Below are positions 9,239 through 17,537 of a stretch of DNA of 32,000 nt, piece by piece. The notes beneath the pieces are model-generated. The model had not been told where the DNA came from. It saw nothing but the letters and a program-made list of their open reading frames with translations, and ran no database searches. This DNA is from Ralstonia sp. UBA689 (GTDB lineage Bacteria; Pseudomonadota; Gammaproteobacteria; Burkholderiales; Burkholderiaceae). The stretch is from positions 133,777 to 165,776 of the forward strand of contig NZ_DBMV01000024.1 in assembly GCF_002298975.1 (NCBI RefSeq), read 5' to 3'. Position 1 is the first letter of the stretch, and each line of letters starts with the position of its first letter. Both the position numbers and the translations under genes were made by a program.

Positions 9239-9730
9239 TCATGCAGTCAGCGGCTGCGGCTGCGCAACCCTCGACAGCACGAACAGCATCAGCCTGAAAA
9301 GCGTGCGTGCAGCCTGCAACGGGCTTTTCATACAGACTTCAACCTGCGGGCTGCGGCACTCACCGAACAGACACCACGAGCAGAAGTGCTCGCAGTTGTT
9401 GCTCAGCAACCGGTAGTCGTTTTCGCCCAGGCGCGACTTGGCGCGGCGAGCAACCTCTTCGCCGTCGTACGCGGGGCAAACGTCGAGCTGGACGTACACC
9501 GAAAAACCACAGGAAAAACCGGCGATCGAGGTTCTCTGCACCGGCCCCCTGCGCTGACAACGCGAGAAACCTGCGTAGTGAATCACCTGACCGTCGCCAA
9601 CATAGATGCCGTGATGGGCATACCCTTTTCGCTCCGTCACGAGGTGTGCGCCCAGGGGCAGCGTCGAGCCGGGCGCGGCAAAACCATCCTGTCCGTGCCG
9701 TGCGGCGAGGGCCTCGATGTTTCGGCTCAT
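9239..9730 (-). CDS. LRAT / NlpC-P60 superfamily (H-box, NC-motif) protein
   Basis: AGGAG lies 7 nt upstream of the ATG at 9730. The catalytic-type motifs HHGIYVGDGQVIHY and LLSNNCEHFCSWC are typical of lecithin-retinol-acyltransferase-like papain-fold enzymes. Confidence 0.7.
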   Translation of the reverse strand: MSRNIEALAARHGQDGFAAPGSTLPLGAHLVTERKGYAHHGIYVGDGQVIHYAGFSRCQRRGPVQRTSIAGFSCGFSVYVQLDVCPAYDGEEVARRAKSRLGENDYRLLSNNCEHFCSWCLFGECRSPQVEVCMKSPLQAARTLFRLMLFVLSRVAQPQPLTA

Positions 9731-10006
9731 GGCGTGCTCCTCTCATGCTGGCCGGCCGGTGTTGTGGCGTTCCGACGGCGATGCGACCAATGCCGGCGCG
9801 GTGTGTTTGCATGCCCCCAGTATTGGCGGAGCGGGCAGGGGCGTCATGCAGGCAGCGCTGAGAATCCTGTCGGAGCCGCGGGTTTCCATGTCAGGGAAGC
9901 CTGACAGACGTTGTCGAAACCGCCGAAGGCTTCCAGGCAGTCGGGTTCCGGGGGCATTCCACGTGAGCCGCATGACACACGCGCCCAGGGTGCCGCCGTC
10001 CCCTCG

Positions 10007-10020
10007 TTGATCTGCCGCAA
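10007..10020. promoter_or_regulatory. FNR/Anr-like box TTGAT-ctgc-CGCAA (8/10)
   Basis: Read directly, with its centre about 82 bp upstream of the hsp20 ATG at 10096. Confidence 0.4.
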
Positions 10021-10095
10021 AGCGTGCCCGAGCCGCCGTGCCACGATGAATGTGTGAGCCACTCGGCCATCACGACCATTCATCAGGAGGCAGCC

Positions 10096-10518
10096 ATGAG
10101 CCAACTCAGGCGTTACGACCCGTTTGCCATTGAACCGGTGGGGGATATCTTCCAGGGACTTTTGCGCTCGTTCCGCGGCGGCATGGAGGGGGCGTTGCCG
10201 TTCAAGGTGGACGTGACGGAATCCGACTCTGCGTACAACGTCGTCGCGGAAATCCCCGGTGCAAAGAAGGAAGACATCGATGTCACCGTCGATCGCGGTA
10301 CGGTGATGATCTCGGCCAAGGTGGAGCGCCTGACCGAGAAGAAGGAAGGCGAGCGCATCATCCGCAGTGAGCGCTACAGCGGAGCGATGCAGCGCATGTT
10401 CACGCTGGATGCGGCCATCGACGAGAGCAAGGTCGATGCCTCATACAAGGACGGGCTGCTGCACGTGACGTTGCCCAAGAAAGAGGCTTCGCCGCAACAG
10501 CGCATTACCATCCGTTGA
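10096..10518 (+). CDS. Hsp20/alpha-crystallin small heat-shock protein
   Basis: AGGAGG lies upstream of the ATG at 10096. The alpha-crystallin core is present (VDVTESDSAYNVVAEIPGAKKEDIDVTVDRGTVMISAK...SYKDGLLHVTLPKK). Confidence 0.9.
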   Translation: MSQLRRYDPFAIEPVGDIFQGLLRSFRGGMEGALPFKVDVTESDSAYNVVAEIPGAKKEDIDVTVDRGTVMISAKVERLTEKKEGERIIRSERYSGAMQRMFTLDAAIDESKVDASYKDGLLHVTLPKKEASPQQRITIR

Positions 10519-10532
10519 TTGGTGGCCCACGC

Positions 10533-11891
10533 ATGCAACTCCAATTTCTCGGGGCAACCGATACGGTGACCGGGTCGAAGTATGTGCTGCAGACCCAGAA
10601 GCATCGCGTCATGGTCGATTGCGGGCTGTTTCAGGGCTACAAGTCCTTGCGGCTGCGCAACTGGGACAAGCTCGCGGTCAACCCGCACCACATTGACGCC
10701 GTGGTTCTCACCCACGCGCATATCGACCACAGCGGCTATCTGCCGCTGCTGGTCCGCAACGGGTTTCGCGGCCCCGTCTATTGCACGAAAGGCACCGCCG
10801 AGCTATGCCGCATCCTGTTGCCCGACAGCGCGCGCCTGGCCGTGGAAGATGCGCAGTACGCCAACGCGCAGGGCTTTTCTCGGCATCACCCGGCACTGCC
10901 GCTCTATGACGAGGAGGATGCCGCCAAGGCGTTGCGCAGATTGCACCCGGTGGCCTACGGGGAGCGCTTCTCCGTGGTTGACGGTGTGGAGGCGGAGTTC
11001 CACCGCGCCGGGCATATCATCGGCGCGGCCACGGCAACCTTGCTTGCGGACGGCCGGCGGATTGTCTTCTCCGGCGATCTGGGCAGGCAGGCGGACCTGG
11101 TCATGCGGCCGCCGGAACCTGTGGCGGAGGCCGATACCCTGCTGGTCGAATCTACCTATGGTGACCGGCTGCATCCGGCAGGCGATCCGCTCGACACGCT
11201 CGAACAGATCGTCCAGCGAACCATCGGTCAAGGCGGCACCTTGTTGATTCCGGCATTCGCGGTCGGGCGCACGCAGGCGCTGCTGTATTGCCTTTACAGG
11301 CTGATTCGGGAGCGCCGCATCCCGCATGTGCCAATCTATCTCGACAGTCCGATGGCCGAGCAAGCGACCGAAGTGTTTGCCCGCCATGTCGACGACCTGC
11401 ATATCGATGCGGCGGATTGCCAGGCGGCATGCGCGCTGGCGGTACCGGTGCAGAGTCCGCAGCAGTCAATGCATCTGGGCAACGACCGCACCCCCAAGAT
11501 CATCCTCGCGGCCAGCGGCATGGCCACGGGTGGCCGTGTCTTGCATCACCTCAAGAGCTTCGGCGGGGGCAAGCGCAACACCATCCTGATGTCCGGATTC
11601 CAGGCCGCAGGCACGCGCGGCGCGGCGTTGTTGGCCGGCCAGCGAGGTCTGCGCGTACATGGCCGCGACATTACCATTCGTGCCACGGTCGAGCAGATCC
11701 AGAATCTCTCCGCCCATGCAGACGCCAGCGAGCTGATGACCTGGTTGCGTGGCTTTATCCATGCCCCGCAGCAGACCTTCATCGTGCACGGCGAGCCAGC
11801 CGCCAGCGACGCGCTGCGCCAACGCATCGAGCATGAACTCCGCTGGCCGGTGCTCATGCCCGAGTATCGACAGTCCTACGCAGTGAGTTGA
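10533..11891 (+). CDS. MBL-fold metallo-hydrolase of the beta-CASP (RNA-metabolising) type
   Basis: MQLQFLGATDTVTGSKY followed by VLTHAHIDHSGYLP gives the HxHxDH motif. The length and C-terminal pattern (SAHADASELMTWL) are typical of beta-CASP. The ATG at 10533 lies 15 nt after the hsp20 stop. Confidence 0.8.
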   Translation: MQLQFLGATDTVTGSKYVLQTQKHRVMVDCGLFQGYKSLRLRNWDKLAVNPHHIDAVVLTHAHIDHSGYLPLLVRNGFRGPVYCTKGTAELCRILLPDSARLAVEDAQYANAQGFSRHHPALPLYDEEDAAKALRRLHPVAYGERFSVVDGVEAEFHRAGHIIGAATATLLADGRRIVFSGDLGRQADLVMRPPEPVAEADTLLVESTYGDRLHPAGDPLDTLEQIVQRTIGQGGTLLIPAFAVGRTQALLYCLYRLIRERRIPHVPIYLDSPMAEQATEVFARHVDDLHIDAADCQAACALAVPVQSPQQSMHLGNDRTPKIILAASGMATGGRVLHHLKSFGGGKRNTILMSGFQAAGTRGAALLAGQRGLRVHGRDITIRATVEQIQNLSAHADASELMTWLRGFIHAPQQTFIVHGEPAASDALRQRIEHELRWPVLMPEYRQSYAVS

Positions 11892-11893
11892 CC

Positions 11894-12856
11894 ATGACAC
11901 CGCAAACCGCCGTTCATGCATCACCCGACAAGGCACAAAAACGCGTGGTACTTGCCTTGCCGGGCAACCAGGCCGCAGCAGCCAGATTGGCGGTGCCGTT
12001 ATGCGCGGAGATCGGCCAAGCCGACGTGCGACGCTTTCCCGATGGCGAATCCTATGTGCGCCTGCAAACACCGGTGCGCGATGCGGAAGTCGCCATTGTC
12101 TGCACGTTGGACCGGCCGGATGAGAAGATTCTGCCGCTACTGTGGCTCGCGATTGCCGCCAGAGAGGGCGGGGCGCGTCGCGTTGGGCTGGTGGCGCCTT
12201 ACCTGGGTTACATGCGGCAGGACGGCGTCTTCCAGCCGGGAGAAATTCTCGCAGCGCAGCACTTTGCCGAACTACTGACCCGCTACTTCGACTGGCTGGT
12301 AGCCGTGGATCCGCACCTGCACCGCATTCCGGCCTTGTCGGATATCTTCGGCATTCCGGCTATCGCGGTGCTGGCGGCTCCAGCCGTGGCGGCCTGGGTA
12401 CAGGGCCATGTTGCCGATCCGCTGCTGGTAGGTCCCGACGACGAAAGCCGCCACCAGGTCGAGCACGTCGCCCGCCTGTGTGGTGCACCTTGGACTGTCC
12501 TGCATAAGACGCGCCACAACGCGTGGAACGTAGAGGTGACGGCCACCGGAACCGATCTGAGTTCCGGGCGCACGCCTGTGCTGGTGGACGACATCATCTC
12601 AACCGGCCGCACCATGATTGCGGCGGCCGAACTATTGCGCCGGGCCGGGTTGCCGCGTCCACAGTGCGTTGCGGTCCACGCCGTGTTCACGGCCGACGCG
12701 TACAGCGAGTTGACGGCAGTGGCTGCCGACGTGCTGACCTGCGACACCATCGCTCACCCATCCAACCGCATCGAGCTAACAGAACCGGTCGCTGAGGCGA
12801 TTTCCACCATGTTTGATCTACCTCTGCCCGCCATCACGCAGAACCTTGTCCGGTGA
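11894..12856 (+). CDS. ribose-phosphate diphosphokinase (Prs)-like phosphoribosyltransferase
   Basis: The PRPP-binding loop PVLVDDIISTGRTM and the N-terminal Prs-like block RFPDGESYVRL are present. The ATG at 11894 lies 3 nt after the MBL stop (11889-11891). Confidence 0.75.
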   Translation: MTPQTAVHASPDKAQKRVVLALPGNQAAAARLAVPLCAEIGQADVRRFPDGESYVRLQTPVRDAEVAIVCTLDRPDEKILPLLWLAIAAREGGARRVGLVAPYLGYMRQDGVFQPGEILAAQHFAELLTRYFDWLVAVDPHLHRIPALSDIFGIPAIAVLAAPAVAAWVQGHVADPLLVGPDDESRHQVEHVARLCGAPWTVLHKTRHNAWNVEVTATGTDLSSGRTPVLVDDIISTGRTMIAAAELLRRAGLPRPQCVAVHAVFTADAYSELTAVAADVLTCDTIAHPSNRIELTEPVAEAISTMFDLPLPAITQNLVR

Positions 12857-12872
12857 GGGCGGGGCTTCTACG

Positions 12873-12886
12873 CTGACAGGCATCAA
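12873..12886. promoter_or_regulatory. FNR/Anr-like box CTGAC-aggc-ATCAA (8/10)
   Basis: Read directly, with its centre about 66 bp upstream of the ATG at 12946. Confidence 0.3.
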
Positions 12887-12945
12887 GGCCAGGCATGAGC
12901 GTCTGGCCCCGAAGGTGGCAAGGCCCCAACTCCACGGGATGCATC

Positions 12946-13245
12946 ATGAAAGAGATCGTGTTTACGGCCGACGAGCCCATCTACTGTGCAAGTGGCCCGG
13001 TCCTGCAGTGTGGCGCCTCGGTGGACGGCAGCAGTGCCAGCTATGCCGTCACCGCGGAAGCACTTGAAGACCACTTCGGCGCCATCTCATGCCGCGCTGA
13101 AGACCTGATGGCGGCCTTTTCCAGCCATCGGAGCGACATCGAGGCCGTCGCCCGGGCCATGTTCGAGATGACAGGATCGAAACAGATCACGCTGCACAGC
13201 GGCCACTTCCGCTTCCCCCTGGACTCGCTCGTGACTCGCCCGTAA
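12946..13245 (+). CDS. DUF1488 family protein
   Basis: [46 protein letters not shown] matches the DUF1488 pattern (...VDG..V.C.I..EAL.DHFGA). The start is taken at the ATG at 12946. Confidence 0.65.
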   Translation: MKEIVFTADEPIYCASGPVLQCGASVDGSSASYAVTAEALEDHFGAISCRAEDLMAAFSSHRSDIEAVARAMFEMTGSKQITLHSGHFRFPLDSLVTRP

Positions 13246-13267
13246 TCGATATTCTGGAGTGCACGCC

Positions 13268-14842
13268 ATGCTCGTGCCGCCCGACATGACGGCAGTGCCC
13301 GATCGGCTCACATTCAAACCACTGGGCATCGACACCTGGCAGGAGCATGTCATCTACATGCATCCGGATTGCACGATCTGCCGCGCAGAAGGGTTTTCCG
13401 CACAAGCGCGGGTGGAAGTGCGCATCGGCCAGCGTGCCCTGATCGCCACCCTCAATCTCGTGGGTTCAGGCTTGCTCGACACGCATGAGATCAGCTTGTC
13501 CGCCAGCGCAGAAGAGTCGCTGATGGCGCGGCCCGGCGATATCGTGAGTGTCAACCATGCGCCGTCGCTGGAATCGCTGCGTGCCGTGCGCGCCAAAATC
13601 TACGGAGCGCACCTGGATACGCATCAACTGGCTAGCATCGTGAGCGACATTTCCGGCGAACGGTACGCTGATGTCCACATCGCGGCGTTCCTGAGTGCTT
13701 GCGCGGGCGGACGGATGAGCGTGAAGGAGACGACCGACCTCACGCAGGCCATGGTGGACTCCGGTGAGCGCCTGAAATGGGATCGGGCCGTCGTTGCCGA
13801 CAAGCACTGCGTGGGCGGACTGCCCGGCAACCGCACCAGCCCCATCGTCGTGGCCATCGCGGCTGCGGCCGGTCTGCTGCTGCCCAAGACATCGTCCCGC
13901 GCCATCACGTCACCCGCGGGCACGGCCGACACAATGGAAACGCTCACGCGCGTTGCGTTGAGCGCCAAGGAACTGCGGCACGTTGTCGATCGTGTCGGGG
14001 CTTCGCTGGCGTGGGGCGGTGCGTTGAGTCTCAGCCCGGCCGATGATGTTCTGATTCGCGTGGAACGGGCGCTGGATGTGGATAGCGACGCCCAACTGGT
14101 GGCCTCCATCCTCTCGAAGAAGATTGCTGCCGGGTCCACTCACGTCTTGATCGACGTGCCCGTTGGGCCTACAGCCAAGGTGCGTCGCCTGCAGGACTTG
14201 GAGCGCCTGCGCATGCTGCTTGAGCGCGTGGCGAAATCCTTTGGCATTCACGTCATGATCGTGCGCACCGATGGCTCTCAACCGGTGGGCCGTGGCATTG
14301 GCCCGGCGCTTGAAGCACGAGACGTCCTGGCTGTCCTGCAACGCTCGCCCACGGCACCGTTCGATTTGCGGGAGCGGTCGTTGTTGCTGGCTGGCGCGTT
14401 GCTGGAGTTTTGTGAGGCCGTGCCGCAAGGGGGTGGGCTCGATCTGGCCACCAGCGTGCTGGACAGCGGCGCTGCCTGGCGGAAGTTTCAGGAAATCTGC
14501 GAGGCGCAGGGGGGCTTGCGCGTACCTGGTGAAGCCATCTTCCGTCGCGATGTCGTGGCCGGGCAGGATGGCGTCGTCAGCGATATCGACAACCGGCATC
14601 TCGCCCGCATCGCAAAGCTGGCTGGAGCGCCGATGCGTCAAGTTGCCGGTGTGGAGATGCATGCGCGCCTGCATGACCGGGTCAGAGCAGGGCAACCGCT
14701 GTTCACGATCCATGCCCAGGCTTCGGGCGAGCTGGAGTACTCCTTTGCCTTTGCGCGGATGCATCCGGCCGTTTGCCTGGCCCCGATCGAGCGCATCGAC
14801 CCACTCGCGCCCCCGGCCTCAGTGGAGCAACCCGCACAGTGA
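13268..14842 (+). CDS. thymidine phosphorylase family protein (long, AMP-phosphorylase-like form)
   Basis: The glycosyltransferase family-3 core is present ([47 protein letters not shown]). There is an extra N-terminal region of about 90 aa before the helical domain. GGAG lies 9 nt upstream of the ATG at 13268; the track start is a GTG at 13259. Confidence 0.85.
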   Translation: MLVPPDMTAVPDRLTFKPLGIDTWQEHVIYMHPDCTICRAEGFSAQARVEVRIGQRALIATLNLVGSGLLDTHEISLSASAEESLMARPGDIVSVNHAPSLESLRAVRAKIYGAHLDTHQLASIVSDISGERYADVHIAAFLSACAGGRMSVKETTDLTQAMVDSGERLKWDRAVVADKHCVGGLPGNRTSPIVVAIAAAAGLLLPKTSSRAITSPAGTADTMETLTRVALSAKELRHVVDRVGASLAWGGALSLSPADDVLIRVERALDVDSDAQLVASILSKKIAAGSTHVLIDVPVGPTAKVRRLQDLERLRMLLERVAKSFGIHVMIVRTDGSQPVGRGIGPALEARDVLAVLQRSPTAPFDLRERSLLLAGALLEFCEAVPQGGGLDLATSVLDSGAAWRKFQEICEAQGGLRVPGEAIFRRDVVAGQDGVVSDIDNRHLARIAKLAGAPMRQVAGVEMHARLHDRVRAGQPLFTIHAQASGELEYSFAFARMHPAVCLAPIERIDPLAPPASVEQPAQ

Positions 14843-14870
14843 GCGATGTGCTGGCGGGCTCAACGCATTT

Positions 14871-14898
14871 CTCTCGCATAATGTATCTTATGTTAAAT
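14871..14898 (+). other. dif: dif site (XerC/XerD recombination site), acting as attL of the prophage
   Basis: CTCTCGCATAA-TGTATC-TTATGTTAAAT compared with E. coli dif GGTGCGCATAA-TGTATA-TTATGTTAAAT gives XerC arm 7/11, central region 5/6 and XerD arm 11/11. It is intergenic, 28 bp after the stop at 14842. Confidence 0.85.
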
Positions 14899-14921
14899 CA
14901 CGCAGACGCCTGTGGGCGCGT

Positions 14922-15167
14922 CTACAACAGGCGCTGCGTGCAATCCAGGCACGCACGGAACCTACACCCGCGTGACCGGCAACACATCAGTAAGTCAAGC
15001 ACCTCCCTCTTTGAAACGCCTGCCTCGAGCAGGCGTTTTTTCTTCTTCTCGATCTTCCTGTAGTAACGCCTGCGCGGCGCGTCTTGAATACCTCGGCGCA
15101 GATACCGGATGTGCCAATACAGATTCCGAATCTCCCGCGCCAACAACCTCTTGTCATCGTCGGTCAC
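14922..15167 (-). CDS. questionable small basic ORF (81 aa)
   Basis: GTG start with no clear RBS. The ORF contains the strong hairpin at 15014-15044 (translated as KKKKRLLEAGV). The N-terminal two thirds look protein-like, while the Cys/Arg-rich tail looks like read-through. Confidence 0.25.
   Translation of the reverse strand: MTDDDKRLLAREIRNLYWHIRYLRRGIQDAPRRRYYRKIEKKKKRLLEAGVSKREVLDLLMCCRSRGCRFRACLDCTQRLL
15014..15044 (+). terminator. rho-independent terminator (phage-side; follows the circular-form repressor ORF)
   Basis: AAACGCCTGC-ctcga-GCAGGCGTTT followed by TTTTCTTCTTC gives a 10-bp perfect stem and a T-run. Confidence 0.7.
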
Positions 15168-15217
15168 TCAATCCCTGCGTGCTATCGTTGCGTCGATCTA
15201 ACAGCCTAGGCTACGAA

Positions 15218-15652
15218 ATGCGCACAATCGTACCGCTCATGCTGCTGCTCGCCATCCCCACAGCAGAAGCACAAAGCATCAATCGCTGCAAAATCGGTGG
15301 AAAGGTGGTCTACACAGACCAGGCCTGCGGAACATCGCTCCAGCGACAAATCGACCCAGCCGAACCGGCACCACAACAAGTGCCGCGTCGCATGTCAGAC
15401 GCAGAACACAACAACCTTGAGATGGCCCAAGAATGGGACAGGCGGATGGCGCAGAGAGATAGAGACCTAGCAACCGAACAGGCTTCGACCAGCGCGAAAC
15501 AAAACGCAGCCGCAGCCAACTGTGCAACGCTAAGGCAGGAAAAAGAGGCAGTCCTATCGAACCTGCGACATGGCGGAACAGCTCAATGGATGAACTACTG
15601 GAACGAACGCTTTCACACGGTATCAGACGCGCTGTACCGCAACCGCTGCTGA
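15218..15652 (+). CDS. DUF4124-like secreted protein (prophage cargo)
   Basis: MRTIVPLMLLLAIPTAEAQS looks like a signal peptide, followed by CKIGGKVVYTDQAC, which is a DUF4124-type motif. The remainder is charged and coiled. The RBS is weak. Orientation is opposite to the phage structural genes. Confidence 0.6.
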   Translation: MRTIVPLMLLLAIPTAEAQSINRCKIGGKVVYTDQACGTSLQRQIDPAEPAPQQVPRRMSDAEHNNLEMAQEWDRRMAQRDRDLATEQASTSAKQNAAAANCATLRQEKEAVLSNLRHGGTAQWMNYWNERFHTVSDALYRNRC

Positions 15653-15835
15653 AAAGCGGGCTTGCAAGAGAGGGGGTGTTTGCCTGTGGCGCAGGATGGA
15701 CAACTTGGTGGTCATACCCGCTGCTCGGTCCCGCGGGGCGCCCTCCGGGCGTCAACCGTCCTGCACCTGGTCAACTCTCCATGTCCCCAAAGGGGCCCCC
15801 TTGCGGCTCCGATCAGAGCGCGGACACTCCCTACG

Positions 15836-16036
15836 CTAGTCGTCGCACGCCTTCACAACAAATGCGCACACGTTAGCAATGACTAAACCACCGACAAAAA
15901 CCCACCAGTTCTCAATTCGAAGATTCGTGCCATAAAACACAGCCCAAACAAGCGCCGCTTGACCAACCAAAATCGCAACCACAGCAAGCAAATATTTCAC
16001 AGCACCCTCACTAGTCACAAAAGCGCGGACACTCAC
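15836..16036 (-). CDS. small two-TM membrane protein downstream of zot
   Basis: GTG start 21 nt after the zot stop. There are two clear hydrophobic spans (YLLAVVAILVGQAALVWAVFYG and WWVFVGGLVIANVCAFVV). The composition is unlike the Arg/Pro-rich spurious ORFs of this window. Confidence 0.45.
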   Translation of the reverse strand: MSVRAFVTSEGAVKYLLAVVAILVGQAALVWAVFYGTNLRIENWWVFVGGLVIANVCAFVVKACDD

Positions 16037-16057
16037 ACTTTTCTCAGTAACGAAAAT

Positions 16058-17209
16058 TCAGCCTTCAGGAAAGGCCTCCAGCTCATCAACGCGCCGTGCC
16101 CTGCCCGAACCTATGACCGTCCGTTTGCGAGGCTCCTGGGCGCGTTCCCGCTGCGGCGAGGCCTCCACGACCAGCTTCAGCTCCTGCGGTTGCGCTACTG
16201 CAGTAGAAACAGGCGCCGGAGACGGCTGCACAGCGGCCTGCACCTTCTGAGCCCGACCATCAGCCTCGAAGGCCTCGAAGAAACCGCGCTTGACCAGGTC
16301 AGCACAGATCTGCGGCGTTGTCTCCAGATGCGTACCCTGCTGGGTCCAGCACTCGCAACCGCCACGAATCTGCACACACGCGGCCGGCACCGGCACCCGC
16401 GACGGCTTCGTGAGCTCATCATAGGCCGGGGCCGTGTACTGCAGACCAGGAACACGCGGCGTATAGCTCGCCACGTATTCCGACGCCGTCATCGGCGCAG
16501 CCTTTTGAGGCTGGCCGACCATCGCACCCGGTGCGCCAGGCAGACCAGGCACGGCACCAGGCGAAGCAGTTGCAAGCTTCACCTGGTCAGGATGCGAGAT
16601 CTTCCAAAGCTTCCAGCCGCCAAACACCGCCGCAGCCAGGGCCACCACCGGCAGCGCGTACATCATGTAGTACTTGAGCGGGATCGCCTTCTTGTGCGTG
16701 TGAGCATCGGCGGACTTGTACCACTCGAAGACCTGCTTGGGATACGGGAAGCTGCTGTGCAACGCACGCTTGAGATTCGCGTTCGTTGGGTCCTGCACCT
16801 TCTGCATCTTGAACAGATCCGCCTTCTGCCGACCCCACTGGCGGATCAGGTGGATATGCTCACCGGCGAGCTTCTTCAAGTGGTTGTCGACCAGGCTCGG
16901 GTCCTGCGTCATGAAGAACAGGTCGAAGCCTTTGTGACGATGCGTCTCCAGCTCGGACACATGCTGCGGCGGCTTCGAGCTCGAAGGCCTCGGCGGCATG
17001 ACCTTCTGCACCTCGTCGATCACGATGATCGACTTCTCCGGGCACTCATGCCACTTCGTCGCATCCTCCAGCATGGTCCACGGCAGCGTGAGCTCCGGAA
17101 TACCGAAATAGAAAACAGGCCGGTTCTCAGCCTTCCGCTTCGCCTCCACAAACGCGATCGTGTAGAGGCTCTTACCATTACCAGGTTGACCTGTGATGAG
17201 CGTCAGCAT
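16058..17209 (-). CDS. zot: Zot-family assembly ATPase (inovirus pI)
   Basis: MLTLITGQPGNGKSLYTI carries a Walker A motif, IIVIDEVQ is a Walker B-like motif, and there is a central TM (YALPVVALAAAVFGGWKLW). The start is taken at the ATG at 17209, 7 nt after the pVI-like stop. Confidence 0.85.
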   Translation of the reverse strand: MLTLITGQPGNGKSLYTIAFVEAKRKAENRPVFYFGIPELTLPWTMLEDATKWHECPEKSIIVIDEVQKVMPPRPSSSKPPQHVSELETHRHKGFDLFFMTQDPSLVDNHLKKLAGEHIHLIRQWGRQKADLFKMQKVQDPTNANLKRALHSSFPYPKQVFEWYKSADAHTHKKAIPLKYYMMYALPVVALAAAVFGGWKLWKISHPDQVKLATASPGAVPGLPGAPGAMVGQPQKAAPMTASEYVASYTPRVPGLQYTAPAYDELTKPSRVPVPAACVQIRGGCECWTQQGTHLETTPQICADLVKRGFFEAFEADGRAQKVQAAVQPSPAPVSTAVAQPQELKLVVEASPQRERAQEPRKRTVIGSGRARRVDELEAFPEG

Positions 17210-17216
17210 GTCGGCC

Positions 17217-17537
17217 TCACTTCTGAACCATCTTGCGAATCGAGCCACCGCTCAAACCGGACAACGATGCGCGAATGCCCAACGTCGTGAGAATCATGTT
17301 CATCGAGGTGCCCACCTTCAGCACGCCGAGGATGCCCACCACACTCACAGACGAGATCGAGCCAACACCGTTCACGTACTGCATGAAGAGCGTCTTCATG
17401 CCACTCATCATTGCATCGACCCCCGTGAACATCACGAAGCCGATACCGAGCGCAACCAGGACACGCCCGACCAACGACACGCAGGCCTGCGCCAACAAAC
17501 CAACAATGGCCGAAGCCAACAGAGCAGCGAAAGGCAT
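17217..17537 (-). CDS. pVI-like minor coat/membrane protein (DUF2523-like)
   Basis: MPFAALLASAIVGLLAQACVSLVGRVLVALGIGFVMFTGV is strongly hydrophobic. The ATG overlaps the pIII-like stop (TGATG at 17535-17539). The position between g3 and zot is typical. Confidence 0.65.
   Translation of the reverse strand: MPFAALLASAIVGLLAQACVSLVGRVLVALGIGFVMFTGVDAMMSGMKTLFMQYVNGVGSISSVSVVGILGVLKVGTSMNMILTTLGIRASLSGLSGGSIRKMVQK

Noticed and set aside
9889-9906. Hairpin TGTCAGG-gaag-CCTGACA in the LRAT/hsp20 divergent region
   Set aside because: It is a 7-bp stem with no T-run and no obvious associated transcript end. It could be chance or a minor regulatory element, with no basis to call it.
9960-10095. Search for a sigma32 heat-shock promoter (CTTGAAA-N13/14-CCCCATNT) upstream of hsp20
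   Set aside because: I could not find a convincing match by eye. Only the FNR-like half-match at 10007 stands out.
15653-15835. GC-rich imperfect palindromes (for example AAGGGGcCCCCTT and GCGCCC-tcc-GGGCGt), considered as the phage packaging signal or minus-strand origin
   Set aside because: The location is plausible, in the non-coding region after the assembly genes. The stems are short and imperfect, and I cannot fold the ssDNA here. It is left uncalled.
15817-16034. 13-bp direct repeat AGCGCGGACACTC (15817-15829 and 16022-16034) bracketing the 66-aa ORF
   Set aside because: A few chance 13-mers are expected in 32 kb of biased sequence. There are no inverted terminal repeats or other insertion hallmarks. 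It might mark a small duplication or recombination scar, but this is not supportable.
15959-17290. 443-aa plus-strand ORF antisense to zot
   Set aside because: It is extremely Arg/His/Leu-rich with no motif. The opposite strand encodes a clear Walker-A Zot protein.
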